Positions 1-10,032 of a stretch of DNA of 35,229 bases are shown one piece after another. The notes beneath the pieces were generated by a model. It was not told where the DNA came from. It was given only the letters and a program-made list of their open reading frames with translations, and did no database searches. Source of the DNA: Gemmatimonadales bacterium (GTDB taxonomy: Bacteria > Gemmatimonadota > Gemmatimonadetes > Gemmatimonadales > GWC2-71-9); the NCBI GenBank assembly GCA_036391215.1, contig DASWAI010000096.1:1-35229 (forward strand). Direction: 5' to 3'. Each line of letters opens with the position of its first letter. Positions within the stretch are counted from its first letter, which is position 1. The position numbers and the translations under genes were made by a program.

Positions 1-156
1 ACCCGGGTGAGCGCGCTCATGGGCGGGCCGATCGGGAAGCTGCCGGTGGCGACGCCCCGGCGCGCCGCTGCGGTGCGTGAGCTGAGCGCCCCCGAGCCCT
101 CGCAGACGGTAATCGAGGTGTATCGCGGCGGTGTGCGCACGCTGCAGAAGTTCTAG
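1..156 (+). CDS. 3' end of a CpaB/RcpC-like Flp-pilus assembly gene (5' part outside the window)
   Basis: Frame +1 is open from base 1 to TAG 154-156 (...PSQTVIEVYRGGVRTLQKF*). It lies directly upstream of the cpaC secretin, as cpaB does in tad/cpa loci. The call rests on position; the fragment is too short for motifs. Confidence 0.4.
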   Translation, partial: TRVSALMGGPIGKLPVATPRRAAAVRELSAPEPSQTVIEVYRGGVRTLQKF

Positions 157-200
157 AGTTCCCTGCAGGTCCGACGTCAACCCCAGCGGATGGGAGCGCC

Positions 201-1565
201 GTGAGCCAGCGTCTGCGTGGTCGGGTTCGGTCGTCCCTGTCTCGGTGCTTGCCGGGACTCGTTCTTCTGGCCTTGGCCGGCGCGCCCGCGCTCCGGGCGC
301 AACAGGTGTTCAGCCAGCCCGAGCGGGTGATCTCGGTGTCCAAGGGAGCCTCGGTGCTCATGGTGAACCCGGTGGCCCTGCAGCGCTTCTCGGTGGGCGA
401 CCCGGGCATCGCCGAGGCCACCATCGTCTCACCCACCGAAGTCGTGATCAACGGCAAGGGGCTGGGCTCGACCACGCTCCTGATCTGGGACAACTCGAGC
501 CAGGTGAAGGTCTACTCGGTGGAAGTGACCGCCGACGCGCCGGCGCTCGAGCGCTACCTCCGGCAGGTGATGCCCGATGAGCAGATCGCCGTCACGGCGA
601 GCGGGAACTCCGTGACCCTGAGCGGCAGCGTGAAGGACCCGAACTCGGTCCAGCGGGCCATCGACATTGCCCGGACCTCCGGTGCCACGATCATCGACAA
701 CATGGTGGCGCCGCCCGCGGTCCAGGTGCTGCTGCACGTGCGCTTTGCCGAGATCAACCGGAGCGTGCTCAAGCGGTGGAGCACCCAGCTCTCGACGGTG
801 AACCCGCAGAACCTGAGCGACAACGGCAACTACACGGCCTCGACCAACCCCAGCTCGACGGCCACCAGCATCAGCTTCCTGCTGGATAACCTCCCTGGCA
901 ACCCCCAGTTGCAGGCGTTGATCAACGCGGCCGAGCAGCGGGGCGACTTCCGCGACCTGGCGGAGCCGAACCTCATGACGCTGCCGGGCCGGGAGGCCTA
1001 CTTCCTGGCCGGTGGCCGGTTCCCCTTCCCGGCGGTGCAGGGCGGCGGGTCGTCGAACGCCATCGGGATCCAGTTCGAGGAGTTCGGCGTCCGGCTCCGG
1101 TTCACGCCGACGATCACCCGGAGCGGGGCCATCCGGCTCAAGCTTCAGCCCGAGGTTTCGGCGCTCGACTTCGCCAACGGCCTCGTGATCAGCGGGTTCA
1201 CCATTCCCTCGATTACCGCCCGGCGGGCGGAGACCGAGGTGGAGCTGCGCGCGGGGCAGTACCTCGCCATCGCGGGCCTGCTCGACAACAGCGTCACCGA
1301 CAACATCGCCAAGATCCCGTTCCTGGGGGACATTCCGATCCTGGGATCGCTGTTCCGTTCGAAGAACCTGCAGCAGAAGCGGACCGAGCTGCTGGTGCTG
1401 GTCTCGCCCGAGCTTGTGGTGGCGGGTGACCGGCCCGCGGCGCTGCCGACCGGCGAGCCGGGCGATTGGCCCTGGTCCAAGGCGCTCCAGAAGGCCGCGC
1501 CCGGCACAGTGCCGAGCCAGCCGCAGCAGGCTCCGCCGCCGCAGGAGCAACAGCAGCCGCAGTAG
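201..1565 (+). CDS. cpaC: Flp/Tad pilus secretin CpaC/RcpA
   Basis: 454-aa ORF with GTG start at 201 preceded by GGATGGGAG. It has a signal-like N-terminus (LPGLVLLALAGAPALRA) and a secretin core (GGRFPFP, IPFLGDIPILGSLFRS, RTELLVLVSP). The C-terminal tail is Q/P-rich. Confidence 0.9.
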   Translation: MSQRLRGRVRSSLSRCLPGLVLLALAGAPALRAQQVFSQPERVISVSKGASVLMVNPVALQRFSVGDPGIAEATIVSPTEVVINGKGLGSTTLLIWDNSSQVKVYSVEVTADAPALERYLRQVMPDEQIAVTASGNSVTLSGSVKDPNSVQRAIDIARTSGATIIDNMVAPPAVQVLLHVRFAEINRSVLKRWSTQLSTVNPQNLSDNGNYTASTNPSSTATSISFLLDNLPGNPQLQALINAAEQRGDFRDLAEPNLMTLPGREAYFLAGGRFPFPAVQGGGSSNAIGIQFEEFGVRLRFTPTITRSGAIRLKLQPEVSALDFANGLVISGFTIPSITARRAETEVELRAGQYLAIAGLLDNSVTDNIAKIPFLGDIPILGSLFRSKNLQQKRTELLVLVSPELVVAGDRPAALPTGEPGDWPWSKALQKAAPGTVPSQPQQAPPPQEQQQPQ

Positions 1566-1586
1566 AGCAGGCCTGAGGAGGCCCGT

Positions 1587-2957
1587 ATGCGAGAGGAGCA
1601 GAGGGGGCTGGACCGGCGTGGCGCCACCGCGGTGTTCGTCGCGGTGGCGCTGGCCGCATTGCTGGGGATGGTGGCGCTGGCGGTGGACGTGGGGATGCTC
1701 ATGAAGGTGCGCGCCGACGCGCAGCGCGCGGCGGACGCCGGTGCCCTGGCGGGCGCGCAAGAGTTTCTCCGAGGTGTGCCTGCCGCCATGAAGAACTCGG
1801 CGGCGCTCAACGCGCTGGAGTATGCCAGCCGCAACTACGTGGGCTGGAAGTACGTGGACACGAGCGGCGCGATCTTCACGGATTCGGGCAACAACCGGAT
1901 CGCGAACTCGCCCGAGGCCTACGTGCAGGTCATCACCGACAGCCAGAAGGTCCGGGTCTTCATCCGCCGGGCCACGACGGCCACCTGGTTCGGGCACATG
2001 CTGGGGATCGACTTCGTGCCGATCACGGTCAAGGCGGCGGCGCAGGCGGTGAACGCCGGCACCGGCAAGTGCGTCAAGCCGTTCGCCATCCCCGATCTCT
2101 GGGACGACAACAACGACGACCCGAACAACAACGACCTGCCGGACATCACCGGCCAGCAGGGCAAGAAGGGCGGCGAAACCTGGACCTGGAACAACGGGAT
2201 CGATACCTACTACCGGTTCCAGGACCCCGGCAACCCGAACGCGAACCAGTGGACCGGGTACGGGAGCGCATTCCGGAACAACATCAACGACTACTACAGC
2301 GCGGACCCGAATCACTATCTCTATTGGAACGACTACGGGCGTCCCTTCGCCATCAAGCTCTCGAATCCCGGGGACACGCCGTCGCCGGGCATCTTCTACC
2401 CCTGGACGATGCCGTACGATAGCACCAACCCCCAGGCGTACTGCGACCAGAACGGCTGTGCGACCCCGAACAACGGTGCCCAGTGGTACAAGTGGAGCAT
2501 CTCGCACTGCAATCCCGTCCCCGTGGCGGTGTCGGCCACCTACAAGCAGGACTCGACCTACCTGAACAAGCCCGGCAACATGATCGGGCCCACGAACCAG
2601 GGGATCAGCGATCTCATAGCGCAGGATCCCGACGCTTGCTGGGCGACCAGTCCGGATCCCAATAACACGGGGTACGTGACGGGCTCGGTGAAGAAGTTGG
2701 TGAGCGGGTCCTGCACGGGGGACTATCCGGGCTGGGAGAGCAGCCCGCGGGTGGCCATGGTCCCGCTTTTCAGTCCTAACCAGATCGACAACGGGCGGAA
2801 GTCACTCTCGTTCAACAACCTGGCCGTTATCTTCATCGAGGGCCAGCAGAACGCCCATGCCGAGGTGGATGCACGCTTCCTGTTCTTCGCGAAGAGCACG
2901 GGTCCGCTGGCGCCCGCGACGGGCTCGCTGATCAAGAAGCTTCAACTCGTCGAATAG
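1587..2957 (+). CDS. TadG-like pilus-associated protein (TadE/G-like N-terminal segment plus large N/D/W/Y-rich domain)
   Basis: ATG 1587 with GAGGAGG 6 nt upstream. The N-terminus RGATAVFVAVALAALLGMVALAVDVGMLMKVRADAQRAADAGALAG matches the TadE/TadG pseudopilin-like hydrophobic segment. 456 aa. Confidence 0.75.
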   Translation: MREEQRGLDRRGATAVFVAVALAALLGMVALAVDVGMLMKVRADAQRAADAGALAGAQEFLRGVPAAMKNSAALNALEYASRNYVGWKYVDTSGAIFTDSGNNRIANSPEAYVQVITDSQKVRVFIRRATTATWFGHMLGIDFVPITVKAAAQAVNAGTGKCVKPFAIPDLWDDNNDDPNNNDLPDITGQQGKKGGETWTWNNGIDTYYRFQDPGNPNANQWTGYGSAFRNNINDYYSADPNHYLYWNDYGRPFAIKLSNPGDTPSPGIFYPWTMPYDSTNPQAYCDQNGCATPNNGAQWYKWSISHCNPVPVAVSATYKQDSTYLNKPGNMIGPTNQGISDLIAQDPDACWATSPDPNNTGYVTGSVKKLVSGSCTGDYPGWESSPRVAMVPLFSPNQIDNGRKSLSFNNLAVIFIEGQQNAHAEVDARFLFFAKSTGPLAPATGSLIKKLQLVE

Positions 2958-2976
2958 ACGGAGAGAGACGCGTTAC

Positions 2977-4218
2977 GTGACCGAAAGTCAGATTCGGGTC
3001 GCTATCATCTCGACCGACGTCCGGTTCCGTGACCGTCTCCGCGAGGCGTTGTCGGAAAGCGGCAGGGGATTCCGGATCGTGCTGGAGTTGTCGGTGCGGT
3101 TCGGGGATTTCGGGGAAGAGCAGATCCGGGCCGTGCGCCAAGCCGGTCCGGACCTGCTGGTCGTTGATCTGGAGGACGATCCCGAGGTCGGGGTGAAGCT
3201 GGTGCAGTTCCTGGCCGAGACGAACCCCGGCCAGCGAGTCCTGGCGGCGGGGCCGGCGCTCTCCCCGGCGCTCCTCCTCGCGGCCATGCGGGCCGGCGTC
3301 TCGGACTACCTCCAGAAGCCGGTCGAGCCCGATGTGTTGTCCGAAGCGCTTCAGCGGGTGACGGTGCTGCTGGGCCGGGCCACGGAGAGCGCGAAGAAGC
3401 CGGGACAGGTCTTCTCGGTCTTCGGGGCCAAGGGCGGCACCGGGGCCACGACGCTGGCGACCAACCTGGCGATCGTGCTCCACCGGCTCACCGGCAAGCG
3501 GACGCTCCTGGTGGACCTCGACCTGGAGCTGGGCGAGGTGGCGGTGCTGCTGGGAGTGCGCCCGCGGTTCAACCTGGTGGACATGGTCCAGAACTTCCAC
3601 CGAATGGACGCCGGGCTATTGGCTTCCTACATCGAGCAGCATCCGTCGGGGGTGCACCTCCTGTCGGCGCCGTTCCATCCGGAGCGCGCCGAGGCGACGT
3701 CGGCTGACGAGATCCGGAAGATCATCCAGTTCCTGAAGCACCACTACGACTACGTGGTCGTGGACACCCCGAAGTCGTTCTCGCCGACCACGCTCGCGGC
3801 CTTTGACCAGTCGGACCTGGTGTTTCTGCTGGTGGCCCTGGATTTGCCGTCCCTCCGGAACGTCCAGCGAGGCCTGCCCCTGCTCAAGCGGGTGCTGCCC
3901 CGTGGACTGGACCAGACCCGGCTGGTGGTCAACCGCTACCAGCCGGATGAGGAGATCGGCCTCAAGGAGGTCGAGCAGACGCTGGGGCTCAAGGTGTTCT
4001 GGACGCTGAGCAACGACTACGAGGCGGTGATGCGCTCGATCAACGCGGGCAAGCCCATCGTCCTCAACGGCAACTCGAAGTACACCAAGGACGTGAAAGC
4101 GCTCGGCGCCAAGCTGGCCGGGCTCGGGGCGGCGAAGACTGTGGGCCGGCCGAGCGCGAGCCGGATCGTGGGCCAGCTCGTCGGCAAGATCGTGCGCAAG
4201 CCAGGAGACCAGGGATGA
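2977..4218 (+). CDS. cpaE: CpaE/TadZ: atypical receiver domain fused to a ParA/MinD-type ATPase
   Basis: GTG 2977. The N-terminus is REC-like (IRVAIISTD...LLVVDLEDD) and carries a deviant Walker [21 protein letters not shown]. The position between secretin and cpaF is canonical. Confidence 0.85.
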   Translation: MTESQIRVAIISTDVRFRDRLREALSESGRGFRIVLELSVRFGDFGEEQIRAVRQAGPDLLVVDLEDDPEVGVKLVQFLAETNPGQRVLAAGPALSPALLLAAMRAGVSDYLQKPVEPDVLSEALQRVTVLLGRATESAKKPGQVFSVFGAKGGTGATTLATNLAIVLHRLTGKRTLLVDLDLELGEVAVLLGVRPRFNLVDMVQNFHRMDAGLLASYIEQHPSGVHLLSAPFHPERAEATSADEIRKIIQFLKHHYDYVVVDTPKSFSPTTLAAFDQSDLVFLLVALDLPSLRNVQRGLPLLKRVLPRGLDQTRLVVNRYQPDEEIGLKEVEQTLGLKVFWTLSNDYEAVMRSINAGKPIVLNGNSKYTKDVKALGAKLAGLGAAKTVGRPSASRIVGQLVGKIVRKPGDQG

Positions 4219-5660
4219 CGGAACCGGCCAAGCAGGACGGCGCTCCCAAGCCGCGGAGCACGACGGAGACGCGCCTCAAGCTGCCGTGGGAGCGGGTGGG
4301 CGGCGCCGATGCGGCACCGCCGCAGCGGACGGGCGAGATGCCCGTGGTTTCCTCGGCCAAGCAGCACTTCTTCCAGGAGATCAAGGGCCGGGTCCACCGC
4401 AAGCTGATCGAGCGGCTCAATCTCTCGAGCCTCGACAAGCTGTCGCGGGAGCAGGTGGTGGACGCGATCCGCAAGGTGGTGCACGATCTCCTCGCCCAGG
4501 AGTCCGCCCCGCTCAACTTCGAGGAGCGGGAGGAGCTGGTCCGGCAGGTGCTGGACGAGATCTTCGGGCTGGGGCCGATCGAGCCGCTGATGCAGGACCC
4601 CGAGGTGTCGGACGTCCTGGTCAACACCTACAAGCAGGTGTACATCGAGCGCCACGGCAAGCTCGAGCCGACCGACGTCCGGTTCCAGGACGACAAGCAC
4701 CTGCTCCAGGTGATCGACCGGATCGTGTCCGCGGTGGGGCGCCGGATCGACGACTCCTCGCCCATGGTGGACGCCCGCCTGGCGGACGGCTCCCGCGTCA
4801 ACGCGATCATCAAGCCGCTGGCGATCGATGGCCCGCACCTCTCCATCCGCAAGTTCAAGCGCGATGCGCTGAGCGGCGAGGACCTTCTGGCCAAGGAAAG
4901 CCTCACCGAGCCCATGCTCGAGCTGCTCAAGGGCATCGTGCGGGCCCGGCTCAACGTGATCATCTCGGGCGGCACCGGCGCCGGCAAGACGACGCTGCTG
5001 AACATCCTGTCCTCGTTCATTCCGGTGAACGAGCGCATCGTCACGATCGAGGACTCGGCCGAGCTGCAGCTCAAGCAGCCCCACGTCGTGCGGCTGGAGA
5101 CCCGGCCGGCCAACATCGAGGGCATGGGCGAGGTGCCCCAGCGGCTCCTCCTGATCAACGCTCTCCGCATGCGGCCCGACCGGATCATCATGGGCGAGTG
5201 CCGCGGCGGCGAGGCGGTGGACATGCTCCAGGCCATGAACACCGGCCATGACGGCTCCATTACGACGATCCACGCCAACACTCCGCGCGACGCCCTGAGC
5301 CGGATCGAGACCATGGTCTCGATGTCGAGTCTCGACCTGCCCGAGCGGGCGGTACGGCAGCAGATCGCGAGCGCGGTGCAGGTGGTGATCCAGGTGAGCC
5401 GCCTGAGCGACGGCGCCCGCAAGGTGGTCCAGATCGCCGAGATCTCCGGCATGGAAGGCGACGTCATCACCATGCAGGACATCTTCGTGTTCGACCGGCA
5501 GGGCATCGGCGAGGACGAGCGGGTGCTCGGGAAGTTCAAGGCATCCGGCATCCGGCCCAAGTTCACCGAGCGCCTCAAGGCGTACGGAATCGACCTCGGC
5601 TCGCTCCTGTTCATGAACCGGGAGAGCGGTCCCCGCATGGCGGGCGGAGGGCGCTGGTGA
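4215..5660 (+). CDS. cpaF: CpaF/TadA secretion ATPase
   Basis: The start overlaps the cpaE stop as ATGA (4215-4218). Walker [16 protein letters not shown]; typical VirB11/TadA core ([24 protein letters not shown]). Confidence 0.95.
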   Translation: MTEPAKQDGAPKPRSTTETRLKLPWERVGGADAAPPQRTGEMPVVSSAKQHFFQEIKGRVHRKLIERLNLSSLDKLSREQVVDAIRKVVHDLLAQESAPLNFEEREELVRQVLDEIFGLGPIEPLMQDPEVSDVLVNTYKQVYIERHGKLEPTDVRFQDDKHLLQVIDRIVSAVGRRIDDSSPMVDARLADGSRVNAIIKPLAIDGPHLSIRKFKRDALSGEDLLAKESLTEPMLELLKGIVRARLNVIISGGTGAGKTTLLNILSSFIPVNERIVTIEDSAELQLKQPHVVRLETRPANIEGMGEVPQRLLLINALRMRPDRIIMGECRGGEAVDMLQAMNTGHDGSITTIHANTPRDALSRIETMVSMSSLDLPERAVRQQIASAVQVVIQVSRLSDGARKVVQIAEISGMEGDVITMQDIFVFDRQGIGEDERVLGKFKASGIRPKFTERLKAYGIDLGSLLFMNRESGPRMAGGGRW

Positions 5661-6646
5661 ACCTGCCGAACTCGTCCTGGATCTCCGCCGGGCTCGTCTT
5701 TCTCACGGTTGTGCTCGCCACCGTGGGCCTCGCCCTCCTGCTCGAGTTCGTGCAGGAGGCGCGGCGGCGGCGCCAGGTCGTCCGGCAGCTCCAGACCTTC
5801 GGGACGCTCGACTCGGAAGCCATGACCGGCGCCGGCGGGCTGCTCCGGCGCCCGATCGAGCAGCAGCCGGCCTGGGTGCAGGCGCTTTCGGCGTACACCC
5901 CGCGGATCGGCGACCTCGGATTCCTGATCCAGCAGGCCGGGGTCTCGTGGAGCGCGAACACGCTCCTGCTGCTCTGCCTCGGACTTGCGGCGGGCCTGTT
6001 CCTCGCCGTGCTGACCATCACCCGGTTCCTGCCGTTCGCCGGTATCGCCGCGGCGTTCGGCGCCTACCTGCCCATCTGGTACCTCAGGCGGCGGCGGAGG
6101 AAACGGGCCGACGCGTTCGAGGCTGGGCTGCCCGAGGCCATCGATCTGCTGGGCCGCGCCATCCGCGCGGGACACCCGCTCTCCGCCGGCCTCAAGATGG
6201 TGGCCGACGAGGCGCAGGAACCGATCTCGGGCGAGTTCCAGCGGACCTTCGAGGAGCAGCGGTTCGGCCTCCCGTTCGACGACGCCATCATCGCCATGGC
6301 CGACCGGGTGAATCTGGTGGACGTCCGGATCCTGGTGACCGCCATCCTGATCCAGCGCGAGGTCGGCGGCAACCTGGCCGAGGTGCTCGACAACCTCGCG
6401 ACCGTCATCCGGGCCCGCTTCACGATCCGGCGCCAGCTCCGGGTGTACACGGCGCAGGGGCGGTTCACCGGCTACACGCTGGCGGTGCTGCCGATCATCG
6501 TGGGTTCGGTCATCTACATGCTGAACCCGCCCTACATGCGGCTCCTGTTCACCCACCCGATGGGCAAGCTGATGGTGGCCATCGCCGCCGTCATGCAGGT
6601 CATCGGATATCTCTGGATCCGCAAGATCGTGGACATCGAGATCTGA
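5657..6646 (+). CDS. tadB: TadB, type II secretion system F-family inner-membrane platform protein
   Basis: GTGA overlap with the cpaF stop (5657-5660). T2SSF-type cytoplasmic domain ([22 protein letters not shown]) flanked by hydrophobic helices. Confidence 0.9.
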   Translation: MNLPNSSWISAGLVFLTVVLATVGLALLLEFVQEARRRRQVVRQLQTFGTLDSEAMTGAGGLLRRPIEQQPAWVQALSAYTPRIGDLGFLIQQAGVSWSANTLLLLCLGLAAGLFLAVLTITRFLPFAGIAAAFGAYLPIWYLRRRRRKRADAFEAGLPEAIDLLGRAIRAGHPLSAGLKMVADEAQEPISGEFQRTFEEQRFGLPFDDAIIAMADRVNLVDVRILVTAILIQREVGGNLAEVLDNLATVIRARFTIRRQLRVYTAQGRFTGYTLAVLPIIVGSVIYMLNPPYMRLLFTHPMGKLMVAIAAVMQVIGYLWIRKIVDIEI

Positions 6647-6653
6647 GGCCCTT

Positions 6654-7583
6654 GTGATCCTCGCCGTCGCCCTCGCGCTCATCGCTCTCTCCGTCACCTT
6701 CGCCGTGCTGTTCCTGGGCGAGGTGGCGCCGGGAAGGCAAAGCGCGCTCGGCGCCAGGCTCTCCGAGCTGGAAGGGGCCGACCCCCACGCCGCCGAGACG
6801 ATCCGCAAGCGCCGCCGGCAGCTGCGGGCGGAGAAGATGACCGCGCTGGTGCAGGCCCTGGGCGAGCGGCTCGAGCCGGGCCGAAAGGACATCCCGGCCA
6901 TCCGGCTCCGGATGCTCCAGGCCGGGTTCCCCAGCCCCTCGGCGGTTCCGGTCTTCCTGGGCTCCCGCATCGCGCTCCCGATCGCCATGGGCTTCAGCGC
7001 GGTGACGATCCTCGGGTTCCTGGGGATGACGAGCTTCGCGGGCCTCATCGCCACGGTCTGGTTCGCCGCGCTGGGGTACATCGCGCCGTCGGTCTACGTG
7101 AACGGACGGATCCGCGGCCGCCAGAAGGAGATGCAGCGCGCCCTGCCGGACGCCCTCGACCTGCTGGTGGTCTGCGTAGAGGCGGGGCTCGGGCTCAACC
7201 AGGCCATGGTGCGCGTGTCGGAGGAGATCGAACGGCTGAGCCCGGTGCTGAGCGAGCAGCTCGCGCTGGTGAACCTCGAGATCCGGGCGGGCACGGGCCG
7301 CGAGGAGGCGTTCCGCAACATGGGGGAGCGCACCGGGCTCGACGACATCAAGTCGCTGATGGCCATGCTGATCCAGACCGACCGCTTCGGCACCTCGATC
7401 GCGCAGGCGCTCCGGGTGCAGGCGGACACGCTCCGGACCAAGCGGCGGCAGCGGGCCGAGGAGGCCGCGGCCAAGACCACGATCAAACTGGTCTTCCCGC
7501 TCGTACTCTTCATCTTCCCGGCCATGTTCGTGGTGATCCTGGGCTCGGCGCTCATCCAGATCTTCGAGGCCCTCGGGCGCTAG
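6654..7583 (+). CDS. tadC: TadC, second T2SS-F-family platform protein
   Basis: GTG 6654. [22 protein letters not shown] motif with N- and C-terminal TM helices. It follows tadB. Confidence 0.9.
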   Translation: MILAVALALIALSVTFAVLFLGEVAPGRQSALGARLSELEGADPHAAETIRKRRRQLRAEKMTALVQALGERLEPGRKDIPAIRLRMLQAGFPSPSAVPVFLGSRIALPIAMGFSAVTILGFLGMTSFAGLIATVWFAALGYIAPSVYVNGRIRGRQKEMQRALPDALDLLVVCVEAGLGLNQAMVRVSEEIERLSPVLSEQLALVNLEIRAGTGREEAFRNMGERTGLDDIKSLMAMLIQTDRFGTSIAQALRVQADTLRTKRRQRAEEAAAKTTIKLVFPLVLFIFPAMFVVILGSALIQIFEALGR

Positions 7584-7585
7584 CG

Positions 7586-7948
7586 ATGCGCGTCGTGCGG
7601 GTGCTGAACCGCCGGGGGCCGGTCCTCGGCGACCGGATCGGGGTGGCCGACCGATGGTGGCCCCGGTTCCGGGGGCTTCTGGGCCGGGCGGCGCTCGAGC
7701 CGGGCGAAGGGCTGCTGCTGGAGCCGTGCCGGGCGGTGCACATGCTGGGAATGCGGTTCGCGCTCGACGTCGCGTTCCTCGACCGGGACGGCACCGTGGT
7801 CGCTGCCTATCCGAACCTGCGCCCCGGCGCCCGGACCGGGTGGCACCGCCGGGCAACCCGGGCGCTGGAGCTGCCGGCCGGCACGCTGGCCGCCAGCGGC
7901 ACGCGGGAGGGGGACCAGATCGTGTGTACCGAGGAGGCACGTCCATGA
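7586..7948 (+). CDS. DUF192 (COG1430)-like small protein
   Basis: ATG 7586, 2 nt after the tadC TAG. 120 aa with the pattern GLLGR..L..GEGLLL.PC.AVHMLGMRFALDVAFLDRDG.VV....L.P, typical of DUF192 as I recall it. Confidence 0.7.
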   Translation: MRVVRVLNRRGPVLGDRIGVADRWWPRFRGLLGRAALEPGEGLLLEPCRAVHMLGMRFALDVAFLDRDGTVVAAYPNLRPGARTGWHRRATRALELPAGTLAASGTREGDQIVCTEEARP

Positions 7949-9294
7949 CCGCGAGCACCGCGCCAGCCGCGCCGCCGGCGCCGGCCGGCGAACCGACCCG
8001 CCCGCCGCTTCCCGAGACAATCGCCGACACCGGGCTGTCGACGGAATTCATCACGGACCTGCTGCTCAAGGCGCTGTATAGCCAGGGCGCGCGCACCGGC
8101 CAGCAGCTGATGGAGACGGTGAAGCTGCCGTTCCCGTTCGTGGACGATCAGCTGCTCTCGCTGCAGCAGCGGCGGATGGTCGAGGTGCGCGGCACCAGCG
8201 GCGCCGGCCGCGGCGGATACATGTTCGACCTCACCGGCGAAGGCCGCACCCGCGCCCGCGAGGCGCTGGAGTCGAGCCAGTACGTCGGCCCGGCACCCGT
8301 GCCGCTCAAGCAGTACCGCGAGTGGACCCACCGTCAGTCCATCTCCCGGGTGCACGTGGCCCGTGACACGGTCAAGACCGGCTTCCGCAACATGGTGATC
8401 GCCGAGCCCATCCTCGAGATGCTGGGGCCGGCCATCAACTCCGCCAAGTCGCTCTTTCTCTATGGCGGGCCGGGCAACGGCAAGACGCTCATCGCCGAGA
8501 CAATCTCCCGCCTGCTGGGCGGCGCGCTCTTCATTCCGTACGCCATCGAGGTGGAAGGGCAGATCCTGGTGCTCTACGACCCGGTCTACCATCACGAGGT
8601 GAAGGAGCCCGAGCCCGAGGTCACGGGCGACGAGCCGGCCTGGCTCAAGAGCCTGCCGGAGCACGACCGCCGCTACATCCTGATCGAGCGGCCGGTGGTG
8701 ATCACCGGCGGGGAGCTGACGCTGGACCAACTCGACCTTCAGTACGACACCTACACGAAGATGTACCAGGCCCCGTTCCAGCTGAAGGCGAACGGCGGCG
8801 TGCTCATCCTCGACGACTTCGGCCGCCAGCGGACTCCGCCGCGCGACCTGCTCAACCGCTGGATCGTGCCGCTGGAGAAGCGCATCGACTTCCTCACGCT
8901 GCACACCGGCGGCAAGTTCCCGGTGCCGTTCGACACGCTGCTGATCTTCTCCACCAACCTCTCGCCCCACGAGCTGGTGGAGGAGGCGTTCCTGCGGCGG
9001 ATCCACTACAAGCTGCACGTCTTCGGTCCCACCCAGACCGAGTACGCCGAGATCTTCCGCCGCTGCTGCGCCGAGCGCGAGATCGAGTACGAGGACTGGG
9101 CGGTGCCGCACCTGTACAAGGAGTATTACGGGCGGCGCCAGATCATCCCGCGGAACTGCCATCCGCGCGACGTGCTCGATCACTTCCTGGACATGGTCCG
9201 GTACCTGGAGGCCGCGCCGCGGCTCACGCCCGACCTGCTGGACCGGGCGTGCAACTCCTACTTCCTTGACGCGCCCCAGGAGGTATCCGCGTGA
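7945..9294 (+). CDS. AAA+ ATPase with a long N-terminal (possibly wHTH-like) extension, family unassigned
   Basis: ATG 7945 overlaps the DUF192 stop as ATGA, with GAGGAGG at 7931-7937. Walker A is LFLYGGPGNGKTL and Walker B GGVLILDDFG; also LIFSTNL...EEAFLRRIHYK. The track ORF start at 7654 would overlap DUF192 and lacks an RBS. Confidence 0.8.
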   Translation: MTASTAPAAPPAPAGEPTRPPLPETIADTGLSTEFITDLLLKALYSQGARTGQQLMETVKLPFPFVDDQLLSLQQRRMVEVRGTSGAGRGGYMFDLTGEGRTRAREALESSQYVGPAPVPLKQYREWTHRQSISRVHVARDTVKTGFRNMVIAEPILEMLGPAINSAKSLFLYGGPGNGKTLIAETISRLLGGALFIPYAIEVEGQILVLYDPVYHHEVKEPEPEVTGDEPAWLKSLPEHDRRYILIERPVVITGGELTLDQLDLQYDTYTKMYQAPFQLKANGGVLILDDFGRQRTPPRDLLNRWIVPLEKRIDFLTLHTGGKFPVPFDTLLIFSTNLSPHELVEEAFLRRIHYKLHVFGPTQTEYAEIFRRCCAEREIEYEDWAVPHLYKEYYGRRQIIPRNCHPRDVLDHFLDMVRYLEAAPRLTPDLLDRACNSYFLDAPQEVSA

Positions 9295-10004
9295 GCGGCA
9301 CGCCGGCGCCCGACGCCGCGCGTCCCGAGGACCAGGCGCGGCACCGCCCGGAGGTGGTGTTCCTCCACCGGCTGGAGGCGCTCGAGCGGGAGAACCGGCG
9401 GCTCCGCCGGTACAGCACCTATGCCTTCATGGGCCTGGCCATCCTGCTGGGCCTGATCGTGGCGCTGGTGTGGATGAGCGGCCGGCAGGGTGCGCCCGGC
9501 ACCGTCGCCGACCAGGTGGCGGCCCGCCAGTTCGTGCTGCGGGACAAGACCGGCGCCATCCGCGGCGTCTGGGGGCTGGGAGAGGACGGCGCCGTGCGGC
9601 TCGCGCTGCAGGACCCGGCCGCCCGGCCCCGGGTCAAGGTGAGCTTGCTCCGGGACGGGACCGCCGGCCTCTCGTTCGCCGACTCGGCCGGGCATCCGCG
9701 TGCCGTCTTTGCGCTGCTGCCGGACCAGACCGGCTCGGTGGCGTTCGCGGACGACGCGGGCCGGACCCGGAGCGTGCTCGGGATCTCGGCCGACGGTTCG
9801 GCCAACATCGTCTTCGCCGACCGGTCCGGCTCCACCCGGGCGGGCCTCGGCGTGGACGAGGCCGGCCACAGCACCTTCACCCTGGCCGACCGGATGAGCG
9901 ATTCGCAGGCGCCGGTCACCGAGAGCGTCGGGGGCGAGGCTCCGGACTCCCAGCCGGCCGCCGCGGCCGCCAAGGGGCACACCCCGCCGAAGCGCAAGCG
10001 CTGA
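9291..10004 (+). CDS. Single-pass membrane protein with about 5.5 tandem 23-residue repeats
   Basis: GTG 9291 overlaps the AAA+ stop as GTGA, with CCAGGAGG upstream. The N-terminus is charged and coiled-coil-like (LHRLEALERENRRLRR), followed by a TM helix (YAFMGLAILLGLIVALVWM). Repeats of the form xxxLxFxDxxGxxRxxLGxxxDG follow. Confidence 0.6.
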   Translation: MSGTPAPDAARPEDQARHRPEVVFLHRLEALERENRRLRRYSTYAFMGLAILLGLIVALVWMSGRQGAPGTVADQVAARQFVLRDKTGAIRGVWGLGEDGAVRLALQDPAARPRVKVSLLRDGTAGLSFADSAGHPRAVFALLPDQTGSVAFADDAGRTRSVLGISADGSANIVFADRSGSTRAGLGVDEAGHSTFTLADRMSDSQAPVTESVGGEAPDSQPAAAAAKGHTPPKRKR

Positions 10005-10032
10005 CGCCGCGTCCAGGCGGATGCGGCCCACG

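Noticed and set aside
1566-1586. aggcctgaggaggccc between cpaC and the TadG-like gene as a terminator or attenuator hairpin.
   Set aside because: The stem is only 5 bp and it contains the SD (GAGGAGG) of the next gene, with no T-tract. It is more simply an RBS.
429-2507. Very long ORFs antisense to, or out of frame with, the called genes (for example 429..2507-, 4628..7081-, 6600..8096-, 10406..11620-, 13769..15592-, 28765..30237+, 31583..33232-, 33661..35220-).
   Set aside because: Their translations are Arg/Pro/Gly/Ala low-complexity with no recognisable motifs. Each is fully overlapped by an ORF with clear family signatures. Open antisense frames are expected in DNA this GC-rich.
7654-7944. 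N-terminal 97-codon extension of the AAA+ ATPase ORF as given in the track.
   Set aside because: It lies entirely inside the DUF192 gene in another frame, is Pro/Gly/Arg-rich, and has no RBS. ATG 7945 has GAGGAGG upstream and the ATGA coupling geometry.
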